DNA from: Tetramitus jugosus | Lineage: Eukaryota > Protista > Heterolobosea | DNA: 64,000 bases | Assembly (NCBI GenBank): GCA_937625935.1 | Contig: OW569387.1 | Span: forward strand, 248,001-312,000 | Reading direction: 5' to 3' | Shown here: piece after piece, positions 11,141-22,359 of the stretch | Numbering within the stretch: the stretch's first letter is position 1 | Layout: each line of letters starts with the position of its first letter | Notes under the pieces: model-generated | The model's database searches: none | Told to the model about the DNA's origin: nothing | The model's input: only the letters and a program-made list of their open reading frames with translations | Position numbers and translations under genes: made by a program

Positions 11141-12231
11141 GTGGTGTGCCATCAGGATGCACACACATGGGATCAGATTAACTGTAAGTACGACTACGCA
11201 GTGTGATGAGTGCAGACTGGCAAGGTACGTGCCATCCACCACCCTCAAGAAACTCTACCTCTCAGGTATAGTAAGCCGCAATCAACTGCTTGTGGAGGAA
11301 CAGCCTCTGTGCTTCAAAGAATTCCCAACATGTAAGATAGGTGCAAATTCGCACCAAATACTGAACATTTTGATTGCGCAGATGAGGACATGTCAGTGTC
11401 CCATAAACCAAAACTCCACTAAAGATGAACCGGCTCTGTACAAGGGTAACCTCCGAGTCGAGAGTAGGGAACATCTGCAGTCCTTGTTCGATCAGGAGAG
11501 GAATGCACGAGTAGAGAAGAGCGGGCGTTGGTGGATTCAAAAGGATGCCAACTACAGTGGAGCAGACTTCTGCTTTCTCAAGTACCCACACTCTGTTGAC
11601 AGAAGGCTGGAATGGTTCCAGCTTCAGGTCAGAAGTGGGACTCTACATACGGAGGATGTTGTTCGATGTCTGTACAACACTTGTGATGAGCCCACAAAGT
11701 GTGTCTGGTGCAACAAAGAGCCCGAAAGTGTGTTGCACTGTCTCATTCGATGTCCAAGGGCTGTGTATGCAAGAAGGTGTCTAGCCTTGACAGTCAGTAA
11801 GGAGCTGATCAGAATGGGCGTGTCAGCCAACAGCTGTATCGACATATGGTTCGATAATGTGAGACTAAAGGACGGCAAGATGGAAAAGCGTCCTTTGCGA
11901 TGGACGAGCAGAGAATTTCTGAAAGGTATGATGGGCATAGAAACAAATGCCATCGAAGATGTCACCAACGGACTGGTAGAGATTGGGATCAAAACAGCAG
12001 AAGCCAGTAAGAAAACTAAAACCTATGTGAATGGGGTGAAACGGAGATGTCTCACGACTCTCCTTCACCTCTTCACAACAACAAAAGCGAAACAACAGCA
12101 ATGACGTTCTGCGAGCGTCATTGGGAATTAATCAGAAGACCAAGAGCCATCGCTCAATGAGCGATGGCTGATGAATATGTATTGATAATAAAGTGAGCAA
12201 CCGCAATGGTTGTATTAAAAAAAAAAAAAAA
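11141..12231 (+). mobile_element. Non-LTR retrotransposon, element 1 (L1/Tx1-like, 5'-truncated; C-terminal ORF2 with CCHC zinc finger)
   Basis: Uninterrupted frame to 12104 with CVWCNKEPESVLHCLIRC; AATAAA, TTGTATT, pure polyA; 16-bp TSD AAAACGAAAACGCAAA at 11125-11140 and 12232-12247. Confidence 0.92.
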
Positions 12232-12240
12232 AAAACGAAA

Positions 12241-14105
12241 ACGCAAAACGTGCTGTTTACGATTTCTTCGGCTACCCAGACAACATCACCAAGTTAGTCA
12301 CTGATATGGTGTCGAACAATGAGGCACAAGTTTTGGCAGGACAACTCTCGAGACACTTCAAAATCAACAAGGGCACGAGACAAGGGGACTCGTTGTCTCC
12401 CACTACATATGTATTGGTACATCAAGCAGTCCTCATGTTTGCACAACGTAGAGCAATTGGATACCAGGCGCTCTCTCAAAAGATCTGGAACATTGCGTAT
12501 ATTGATGACTGCAACATTGTGTCAGAATCCAAGGAAGATATAGAACGCATTGCTAATGATATGAGTGGGGTATTGGAGATGTTGCGGAATCAGATGCACC
12601 CAAACAAACTCGAACTCTTTGTCAGACAGCCAGGAGACGATATTGAAGAGCACGACATTATGGTAGCTAACTCCAGAGTGCCTGCCAAAGGTCCAAAGGT
12701 GCACTTCCGTGCACTCGGACTATTTCTCAATCTCCAAGGCAAGACTGATCAGCAGATTGCTCAAGCAAAGGTTAAAGTCAGAAGAGTCATTGAACGTCTC
12801 AAAGTCTTGAATCTGGGTCCCAGGCAAGTTGCACGTGTCGTGAACGCATGTGTACACCCCATCCTTTTGTACGCATGTGAATTCACAAAATGGACGATGA
12901 AATCGATGGATGATGTGAATATGGTTGGAAAGAGGCTTATCAAACATGGTTCAACAGCAATGTTGAGATATCCGACGGAGTTACTATACATCGGCACCGA
13001 GTGGGGATCCATAGGTCTAGACAACTTCTCGGAAGCAGTTGCTACTCGCACAGCACTTTTTGTGAAATCCATGATGAGAGGGAAGAGAGATCAAGAAGCT
13101 AACGTTCTGTGGATGGACACTCTTGAGTACATCAAGAAACACTACACGTTCCGGTCGGAGAACGTCTTCCAGTCGGACCACAGAGTTACGGAAGTCAAAC
13201 ACTCTTTCATGAAATGGTGCTCAATGAGACTGCACGAGAAGGGAATCATCATCACTGATGACTCCCAAACCCGCTGTGAAGGGTGCAAATTATCTAATTA
13301 CTTGCCAGCTAGGTCCCTCAGACTGCTCAGTAGGGCTGGACTGTATCAGAAACAACAACTACTTCATGAGGGAAGAATCAAGAGCTTCGAGTCACTAAAA
13401 ACCGAAGTTGGCAAGGGGTTTGGGCCTAAAGCCTACCAAGAGGCGACTCTCACGGTGATGGCAATGCCAGAGTGCATGAATTTGGAGTTGCATCAAACAA
13501 AGGGGTTCATACATACCATGACAATTCCTTCAGATCTTCTTTCCCCCTCGCGTACTTACCATTGAATCTGATGACGACCCCAATCTATGCCCGAGATGCG
13601 GTACTGAACCTGACACAATCCTCCATTGCCTTGTCAGGTGTCAGTACGCAATCGATGCCAGGAGAAGACTCGTCCTGGAAGTCTACAACAAGTTGCTCAA
13701 ACTTCCATTAAATCGAGAGTCCGCCATCTCCCTATGGTTTGACAAAGTGCTGTTCAGAAACGGATTCATGTGGCCCATGCCGAGGAAGTCGAGCAGAGAG
13801 TACCTCATGGGAATGATGGGATTAGAGAACGGCGCTGTCGACCAGGTGGCAGATGCGCTGATGAAGAATTAGCGCATCGAAAGGCCCGTAGTTTTGTGTG
13901 CTGGGTGAAGAGTCGCTGCATCACAACGCTTCACAGACTCTATCAGCAATCAAAGGACTGCAAACAGTAGTAACGCTCTGCGAGCGTTACTAACAGGAAA
14001 GAGGAGACGCTCTCCGAGCGTCACAAGGACGATCTGAGAAACTAAAAGAAAGTAGGACAGAGTAATAAAGAGCAACCTCGTGTTGTATTAAAAAACAAAT
14101 AAAAA
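12241..14105 (+). mobile_element. Non-LTR retrotransposon, element 2 (5'-truncated within the reverse transcriptase)
   Basis: RT motifs KGTRQGDSLSP, AYIDD, FRALG; after a frameshift near 13560 CPRCGTEPDTILHCLVRC; ends TTGTATT plus interrupted polyA; TSD ACTAACTAAAACGAAA at 11118-11133 and 14106-14121. Confidence 0.93.
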
Positions 14106-14121
14106 ACTAACTAAAACGAAA

Positions 14122-14920
14122 GTGTGATGACTCTCCCAAGGCTGCCTTGGCCAAGAAGATTGGCTTGGATTTTGGTGATTTGCTCACCAGGGTACAAGTC
14201 ATCAAGAAGGGCCCCAAGGGGTTTGTTGCGTGGGTAACTGTTGTTGATGACAACATTTACCCATTTGTTGAATCCTTCAACCGCAACAAGAAGATGAGTG
14301 GCTGCAAGGCAGCACTCAGGCACAACGTAGATTGTGCCAAGAAGGTCGTGCTCCACGATGTCAAAGGTAAGACGGAGGACGACATCAAGGACATGCTCGG
14401 CATAACAAAGGTCAAGAACGTGCTCAAGAAGCACGACACCGCCTTTGTTGTGATGGAGACCGAAATATATACCGAAGCTTTGCTTCGGGACGATAAATCC
14501 ATGCCAGTGGAGATGGAAGCAAAGCACTTCCTTCCACACACACGATCCTGTCAAGTTTGTCAACAAGAGACTGACCAAGATGTACCAAGAGCTCCTGGCC
14601 GTGATGAACGACCTGGCCAACAAGATCCCGGCCAGATTGACCAGTATCAAGTCAGGTGCTCTCCGTAGGTTCTACCAACTGGCTAGGACTACGGAGCCAT
14701 CTGACCTCACCAGTGGTGCTCCAGATGGTAGTGGAAGCCCTTGCAACGAGTCCCTTAAGAAGGGACTTTTAACACGATATTCCAAGAAAAGAATGAATCC
14801 TGTTGCGTAGGCCTACCACTGAGTAATTACCACATCATATTAGACAATCGCCTGCTCTCACACAAAAGACAAGTAAAAGTACCGCCACGTGGTGCGTGAG
14901 CACCATTTGTTGTATTAAAA
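14122..14920 (+). mobile_element. Element 3: retroposed element with ORF1/gag-like coding remnant and the family 3' terminus
   Basis: Basic ORF ending in CQVC, frameshift near 14575, stop at 14810; terminates GTGAGCACCATTTGTTGTATTAAAA like elements 1 and 2; no RT or ORF2 zinc finger. Confidence 0.7.
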
Positions 14921-14971
14921 CGCACAACTAACGAACAAAGAAAGACAGGCACACAATACATGTTAGGTATG

Positions 14972-15649
14972 TTAGGTGTGGAAACGCAAGCAGCGAACCA
15001 TCGCTCCTGGCCAGTGAAAATCCATGGACGATAACATATGCAAGATACAGTAGAAGAAAAACGAGACAACAACCAATCCACAAAAGTCAAGCCATTCAAA
15101 ACATCTATCTCGCGTCTTTCTTTTCTTCTTTTCCTCCTCAATGCTCTCCATGATGGATGATATAGCTCTTCGTAATTCCTCCTGACCTTTTTTGATGTCT
15201 TCGGCCGACTTGTTGATTCTGTCAACAGCATTGCTCATCTTATCTTCATTATCTTCTATCATATCCCCAATACGCTCAAGAATTATCTCAAGAAATCCAG
15301 CAGTGTCAACTGTCTCAATCTTAGCTGCCTTGTCTTCCTTGTTATCTTCATTGTCTATCTCTAGGTTGGTTTCCTGAGTCCTCATTCACTTGTTCTGCTC
15401 TTGTTCATCATTGCTTTCATAGCTTTGTAGCTAGCCCATCATTAACTTGGTGCTCTTGCTCTTCTTTGCTTTCATTTCCTCTTAGCTCTAGTTAGCTTGT
15501 TTGTCTAGGTTGTCGTTCACTAGTTCTTGATCTTCAGTACTTAGTTCTTGTTCCTCCTTGCATTTTTCTTGGCTTGGGTGAATAGCTTGGGAATCAATGA
15601 CTTGGTCATGGAAACCAGTTCCTTGCTTACTGTCTTGGCTTGGTTGCAT
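14972..15649 (-). pseudogene. Coiled-coil protein with hydrophobic C-terminal segment, four in-frame stops
   Basis: Frame from ATG 15649 (MQPSQDSK...DKQAN*S*EEMK...MG*LQS...NK*MRTQE) runs into ORF 14972-15385. Confidence 0.55.
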
Positions 15650-17043
15650 AACTTTCTTTTTCTTGCTAAAAGATCCATGATTGTAAATTGAAAGTTTGGG
15701 GCCAGTTTAGGTCAAGACAGCTGAAGCTGATTGGCTCGGTACCAGGTCAGACCAGAGAACGTAGGACCAATTTTAATACAAAAAACAAAAACAATCGGAG
15801 TATTTGCGGTCAATCCGTTTTGCGCCAGGTTTTTACAGAAAATTCAAAAATTTCATTTTCGCCCCAACTAAAAACAAAGAATGAAAACTGAAGAAACTGT
15901 ATTTGTGACGTAGATAATACTGAGAGGAGATGTATTGAGGTGATGCTTCGCCATTACCATTACAGATACTTGGACAAAATCTTCGTTTATTTACTAGTAG
16001 GTGAAAGTATCAATATATGTTAGGAAAACATTCTAGTGCAGAAGAAAAGGGCACATATGATGTATTTGTATTACAAGTAATTAACTCAAGTGCTTGTTGG
16101 CATTGTTTCCCCAAGCATAACCCCATCGCTTGTTGTGACTTGAACAGTGTCTGACCAAACACTTGCTGAAAGCACGGTGATGTTTCGAATTCCAATGACT
16201 CTCACATGTGTTGTTGACATTGGATTCGTTGAATCCACCACTAATTAATCAATTTGGAGTAATGAGAGATAATGTAGATTTTTGTGCAGAGTTAATGCAT
16301 GAAATGAATGTCAGACAATTCAACCATGTGGCAAAAGTTGACGTGGATATAATTTGAGTTCGTGAAAGCCTTACCCCATCTATGAAATGCAACTTTTGTC
16401 AACAGAAATGAGATCCAATGATATATATTGTTGCTTATTCTGTCTCCATAATTGGTATGGCTTAACTGACATCGCTGTCATTAAGGATATGCAAAGTAGA
16501 ATCCACATGCTTTCGATCGTGATGGTGCTGTTGTTTTCTGTTTTTGCTGCTTTTTTGGGCGGTGTCAACGAAGTCTTGCAACTGCATATCCTTCCTGTTA
16601 AAATGTAAGTAAATGAGGGGAGCAATGAGATAGTAACAAGAGGAAGTCACGCAATTGCAGCTCCTCGTTTGACAATGAATCCACTTGGTTTGATCGGAGA
16701 GTTCAATGAATATTTGAACTGAAAACTACTTCTCGTTCAATTTGCATGTGAATTGACAACCAGTGCACATCAATTCATTCATTCAACTCTAATTTTTCAT
16801 GATACCACTGCAGCGCTTTGTTGTACTCACAATAATCGTTTCGACTACTGTTGGGACAGTGTATTGCTTTCTGTGAGATAATTCAATATCTCATGAATTG
16901 GACGTTGTGAGCAATCATACCTGTCACGAGAAGTAAAATACCCTGTAAAATGACAGCAAACCCGAACGAGACCAAAAGAATTATCTTTCTCTTCCAAATG
17001 GTTCCTTTGAGCTCTAACAAATTCTTCGCAGATTTCTCATCCG

Positions 17044-17950
17044 TCACATTGGTATCACACTGCTTGCATCTAAGATGCCTGAACCACCTGATGTTACTTT
17101 TCCAGACTCCAAATTGGCATCCTTGTTGTCTACCAAACATCTAGTACTTTTGAAAAACACTCTCTGACGCGAGTTACTGGGATTGATCCAAGAAAAACTT
17201 TCTCCACGATCTAGTCGGTCCTCGGTTGCCAAACTCAAAAAGAAGATTTTGCTTGTCTCGGATGATCGCATCAGATCGAGGTGAAGGAACCAAGACCTGA
17301 TGCCCAGCAGAGGAGGTTGAACATTCTGTGATCTGTACCTTTTTGTGGAAACGTAGTCTATCTTTTTGAGCCAACAATAAACAAGCTTGATAAATCTCTC
17401 ATTTCTTCTGTCTCCTGGTCGAGATACCATTTAGCTCTAGATTTTGCTGGAGAATAGACGAGCCTTACAGTGATCATATCTCATCAGCGACAGTAATTTT
17501 TGAAAACATTTCTGGGGCGTTGAGGTCATGCCGTGAAAGTATTTTTCATTCAACTCCTGAATTGGTGAAAATTGAAACCCGACTTAAGAAAAACCCGATG
17601 AATAAATCTTTATTCCAGTTCAAAGAACTTTGACAGATACAGATACAGTGACATTTTGTATCGATCCTCAATGTCAATATAGTCATCGTCGAACATTCTC
17701 AATTGGTACGATCCTGACTTGTAAACAATTTCTTTTATCACAACCATACTCAGTGATTCAGTGATATCCGTATCTCGATATAGATCTCTCAGTTCTTCGA
17801 AAAAGGCTTCAACAAGATCGAGCTCCCCGATATTTTTGAGTTTCTCCCAGATCTCTTTCTCATTAGAGACAACAAGAAAAGAGAACGGATATCACAACTC
17901 AAATAAGTTCTAGTCCCTGGGTGTTTGGAGCAATTATTTTGAGAGATACG
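17044..17950 (-). pseudogene. Degraded coding remnants of unknown origin
   Basis: ORF 17044-17430 and a protein-like frame 17610-17950 (YPFSFLVVSNEKEIWEKLKNIGELDLVEAFFEELRDLY...) with upstream stops. Confidence 0.35.
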
Positions 17951-18921
17951 GTAACTGCGCTGTTGAACGAACAATGCCGAAAGTCAGTTGAAGAGGGTGT
18001 AAAACTGTTGGCAATTGATCAATTTGGCAACGCCACACCTCTCTTATTACTAGCGACTGGATGTCTCGGCACTATGTGGGATCGGATGGTTAGTATCATC
18101 TGTCACACATCGCCTCAGCTGTATTCTCGGAAAGACATTCCATCCAATTGATTGCGATCATTGATTAAACCCGAACCCGTAGTACAAAACCTGCCAGCCA
18201 AAAACGATTGTATTTTTTAACAGGATCAGTAAGTTGTTCGAACTTGAGAAAGAAAAAAAATCAATAACATGAATTCAAGAGCAAGAAAGGTCTTTGCTAA
18301 TCTCGAGATGATGGAGCATAACAAAGGAATACTGGATGATATTCCACAAGCCATAGTAAGGCTCCATTATGGGAAGAGAAATTGTCTATGAAACATATAC
18401 TCTTTGTTGTACTTTGTGAAACTAGGAGTAAGTAGTTCACAAATTGATTTTGTTAGGAGAGTAGAGCGCATGAGAGAAGAGATTTCAGTGTTTCAGACTT
18501 AGTTGAGTGTAGAGTTGAATACCTAGATGTAATATGCAAGAATTCAAGTATGCAAGCACTCATTGTACAAAGGAATCATTTTTGTGGTGCGTCAATTTGT
18601 CAATCGACTTAAAAATGATAAATTCTTCTATGACTGGCCCAAACATACAGAGTAAAGCACCCACTGAAGCGTCACTGGCGAACACCAACTCTGATGTTTA
18701 TGACGGTACCATGTATCAAGCAATAGCAGCACCAATTACAAGGATGGCGGGGTTATTCTTTCATTCTAAACTATGACGGAGCAATTGTAGGTCAACCAAA
18801 ACTTTCAACGAACTTCTTGATGGTTCGCGCGGACTATAAAAATAAAATGGAGACTAGGGTTCTCAACAGACATTTAAAAACAAACCAACAACACATATAA
18901 CCAACAGTAACCCTTAGACCA

Positions 18922-19431
18922 ATGTCCCTAGTCATCAACTACAACCCACCAGCACTCTCACCAGAAGAGGAAGCATTCAACAGATCAATCATTTATACTT
19001 TTAAGGTACATCGTGATAACAATCCTTTCATATGGGCAACGTTACAAGAGTCATATAGCAGATCAAATGTCAGTGATCAATTGATGGCAAAGACGGTTGG
19101 TAGGTATACTTTGTCAGATGCTGAGAAGTTTAAGTATTATGAGTTAGCCAGACAGGAGTTAGAGATCATCAGATTTGTTTCCAAACAAAGTCGCAGTGAC
19201 ATCATTGAGTTTTGTTTTAGACTCAGAAGGGAAATATTCGGACAGTTCATGTGCCAACATGAAATCCATGAAATCTATTACCGTAAGCAGCCAATAATTA
19301 TCCTTCCTAGAACCAGAGATAGAAAGGGCTATTTTAATGTTGCACATTGTGATTACCAGGCTTTGCTTGATGTGTATCACACAGCTATTTATATAGTCAA
19401 GGGAAGAAATTTAATATTGGGTTGGATATGA
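18922..19431 (+). CDS. Small protein with an HMG-box-like segment
   Basis: NNPFIW...MAKTVGRYTLSDAEKFKYYELARQE resembles HMG-box helices; TATAAA about 85 bp upstream. Confidence 0.45.
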   Translation: MSLVINYNPPALSPEEEAFNRSIIYTFKVHRDNNPFIWATLQESYSRSNVSDQLMAKTVGRYTLSDAEKFKYYELARQELEIIRFVSKQSRSDIIEFCFRLRREIFGQFMCQHEIHEIYYRKQPIIILPRTRDRKGYFNVAHCDYQALLDVYHTAIYIVKGRNLILGWI

Positions 19432-19891
19432 CCAAAAAACGCAGTGTAAACCACAAAAAATCAAGAGACCATCAGATTTCTTGTGTTGCGCCGAACAGAG
19501 GAAAAACAGTCAACGTGAAAGGTAAGTATGTAAGAAATGGAATGATTGGAAACACCGCTGTCTAGTGGATATCAGTTTATTACATTTGAATGAATCATAA
19601 TGATAATTTGCTTGTTTGTAACACACCATAATCGAAATTTTATTATTCCAAAGTTTCTTCTTAATAATTCGTTTCAATTGGTGGACTCTTATATGTAATG
19701 ATCCATTTTCAATATTTTGATATCCTTGTTAAAAATTTTCGGAGAAATTTTCGGGGTTATTTGAAAGAAAATAAAGGTTCTGCTGTTTCACAGAAAGTAT
19801 ACTAGTTTTGGATGAATCTTCCATTATTTTTTGATGATCGTTTTGCACTGAGTAACAAAGAGGACACATAAAAACCCAATGAGTTCCGCAT

Positions 19892-20215
19892 TTGGATTTT
19901 AATTATGAACTTCCTTTCGAAGAGCGGTTCAAGATTGAAAATGTTAACTTCTGCGGAGGTTGGTTCGGGCAAGAAAAGCCTGAATCAAATGTCTTGTTTT
20001 CAGTCTTGATTGAAGAGTTGAAAGAAATTGAGAAAGGAATCTCCTCAATGGATCCATATGGTCGGCAGGTTTTAGTAAGAGCTCGGTGTATTAATTCCTG
20101 TTGTGATTCGCATGCTAAAGCTGCCCTCTTTTATCAACAACATGGTGAAAACGGAGCTTGTAATTTCTGTAATAATCAAGGTTGCAAAATCAACACTCGA
20201 TTTTGTTATCCCTAG
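19892..20215 (+). mobile_element. CACTA/EnSpm (CMC)-type transposase fragment
   Basis: NYELPFEERFKIEN...CGGWFGQEKP...LIEELKEIEKG...CDSHAKA...GACNFC follows the tnp2-like motif series. Confidence 0.8.
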
Positions 20216-21847
20216 TCTAGAAGGGCTAAATCTGATAAGTTATTGTGTTCACAAAAAATGTGTATTTCACAGAAAAATAAGATTAATTGTTAGCATCGTC
20301 CTCTCTCTTCCCTTCGATTCACGGTACCAGTCGAACAAGGGATATCAAGAGCGATACCTTTGTATCACAGGGTAAAGTTACCACTCTTACAAGACAGATA
20401 ATAATCATCCACTTTCACTCCGGCGCTAGAATAGAATTGCCGAACCTAGAATCTGTGATTTCAGATTATCTGAACCCGAAGAAAAAAGGGAATCAAGAAC
20501 ATTCCTTTGTGAGGCTAAAATAGGGGTATTATGTTATTATCTCGTTGATGTATATGTTGTTTATGTTTATAACCCATATTAGTGTTGCTTGTGTTAATAA
20601 GATTGAAATAATATCGAGTAAAGTGTCTGTTACAGTCAATCCCTTGTTGATTGGATCAATCGGAGAGGAAGAGATGATATACTCTCAAGAGATTTCGAGA
20701 TTAGTAAAAATCTTGAGAGATTTTGATGGTGTTTGTATTCACTATGTTGATGTCCTTCCTTGGCACTCAATACGGCTCAGATAATCTGAAATATCGTTGC
20801 TCTATCTGTTGCTCATTGTCGTACTATGTTCATAATGGTGTTTTTGCTCTTATGATCTATGAAAGTTGGTTTCTATTTGTTAGCTTAGGTTTGATCTGAC
20901 CTTCGGGTGTTATTTCACAAGATTTGAATGTGTAATATTAAAGTCATCATTAAAAATAGTCAAATAGAATCTTTGCTTGTAAAGTCGCTTGGATAAGGAC
21001 TCCTTCATCCTGTTGCACACTTGAAACCCACCCTGGAATAAAGTGGCAACAACTGTTGTATGTAAAAAATACTAATTACTACGCCTCCCTTTTTCAACAT
21101 CGCCCCTGAACCACATGGCACCAACACTATTTTGCTCCTTTTATTATCTAGATATCTGTGATAGCCTGGTTGAAGGATTAGGTGTGCTCAGAAACCTTGC
21201 ACAAGTTCTTTTTCGAAGACGAACTTCTCCGGAACCACAATTGATCTGATACGAAGAATCTCCTGTTTCCGCAATAAATTTGAAGCTCAGAGAGCAACAG
21301 CATAATACAAAGCAGAACACAAAGTCCTTCAACTACTTCTTTTCGCAGTTCAGCCTGTTCAAAACAGGTGTGTGGTTAGGAGCCAAAAGCCTGGTATCCG
21401 CCACATCAATCCAGTTAATACAATGTTATTGAGTAAAGACGGCTCTTCGCTGTTTCCTTTCATCCCAACCATGGTAGGAGAACCGAATTCCATGTATCTG
21501 TTAGTTTCGTTGATTGCTGGATGTCCTCATTGCTCTGACGTACGATAACTTAAGTGTGCCTCCAACGAACTGTTAGGGTTGTATGAGAGATTCAAAAGAG
21601 TCATAAAGAACCAACGGAACTTTCCAAACTCTGAAACTGTCAATAAAAAACTCATCTTCTGACAACTCAATCTTGACATTCTTGCCAGTGGAAAGATCTG
21701 TTCTGATGTTACCCGCATACCAGAAACCGGAAAAAGGAGGATGAGTGTAGCTCGTTTCTTCATATTGTTGTTGCTCTTTCATGTGGTAATCAATTGAGTT
21801 CATACCGTAGACTCTAAAAGCGAGCTGTATCATCCGTTTACTCGTTA

Positions 21848-21930
21848 ATGTGTTATTGGGACGCAGATTCAACAAAACGTCCATCATTTGAAAGTATAAC
21901 AACCGAATTAGACGCAATAAAGAGAGTGGA
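21848..21930 (+). pseudogene. Protein kinase C-terminal (subdomain XI) fragment
   Basis: CYWDADSTKRPSFESITTELD. Confidence 0.5.
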
Positions 21931-22359
21931 AAGGCGTGATAACATCACTTATTTTACTTCAAGATTTAGCATAAACGCTCTCGCCTCTGTTCCTGCTCAA
22001 ATCCGCAAGAACGGAACTCACGACAATTGGGTGGATGTCGAACAAAAACGACTTCTGTTTTACTAGAATGAAAATGGGACCACTACTCGGAATAGAGTGT
22101 AATCCCACGAGCCACTTTGTGACTCTGAACTGTGAGGCAGTTACGAAGAAATAATCAGTAAATTGGTTGCTTTGGTTGTTTAGACAGAGTAGTTAGCAGT
22201 AGTACCTCTCTTTTTGATCACCGAGGTTTCCTCGTTGTGAAAGGGTATCAATGTGGGATAACAGCTTGTTCGGAACAGTCAAGTTTTCCAAAAAGACTCC
22301 ATTGCTGAGGGTTCTCGAGTCGTCTCCTATCTCTCGTCAAGCTACCATGGTTTTCGAAT

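Noticed and set aside
14921-14940. Possible TSD for element 3 (ACTAAC..)
   Set aside because: Only about 6 bp match the left flank; too weak to call
15771-15782. TTGTATTAAAA on the minus strand resembling the retroelement terminus
   Set aside because: Lacks the GAGCA stem, hairpins and upstream homology; AT-rich chance match
14972-17950. Stop-codon reassignment as explanation of in-frame stops
   Set aside because: All three stop types occur, and neighbouring genes use TAA, TAG and TGA as normal terminators
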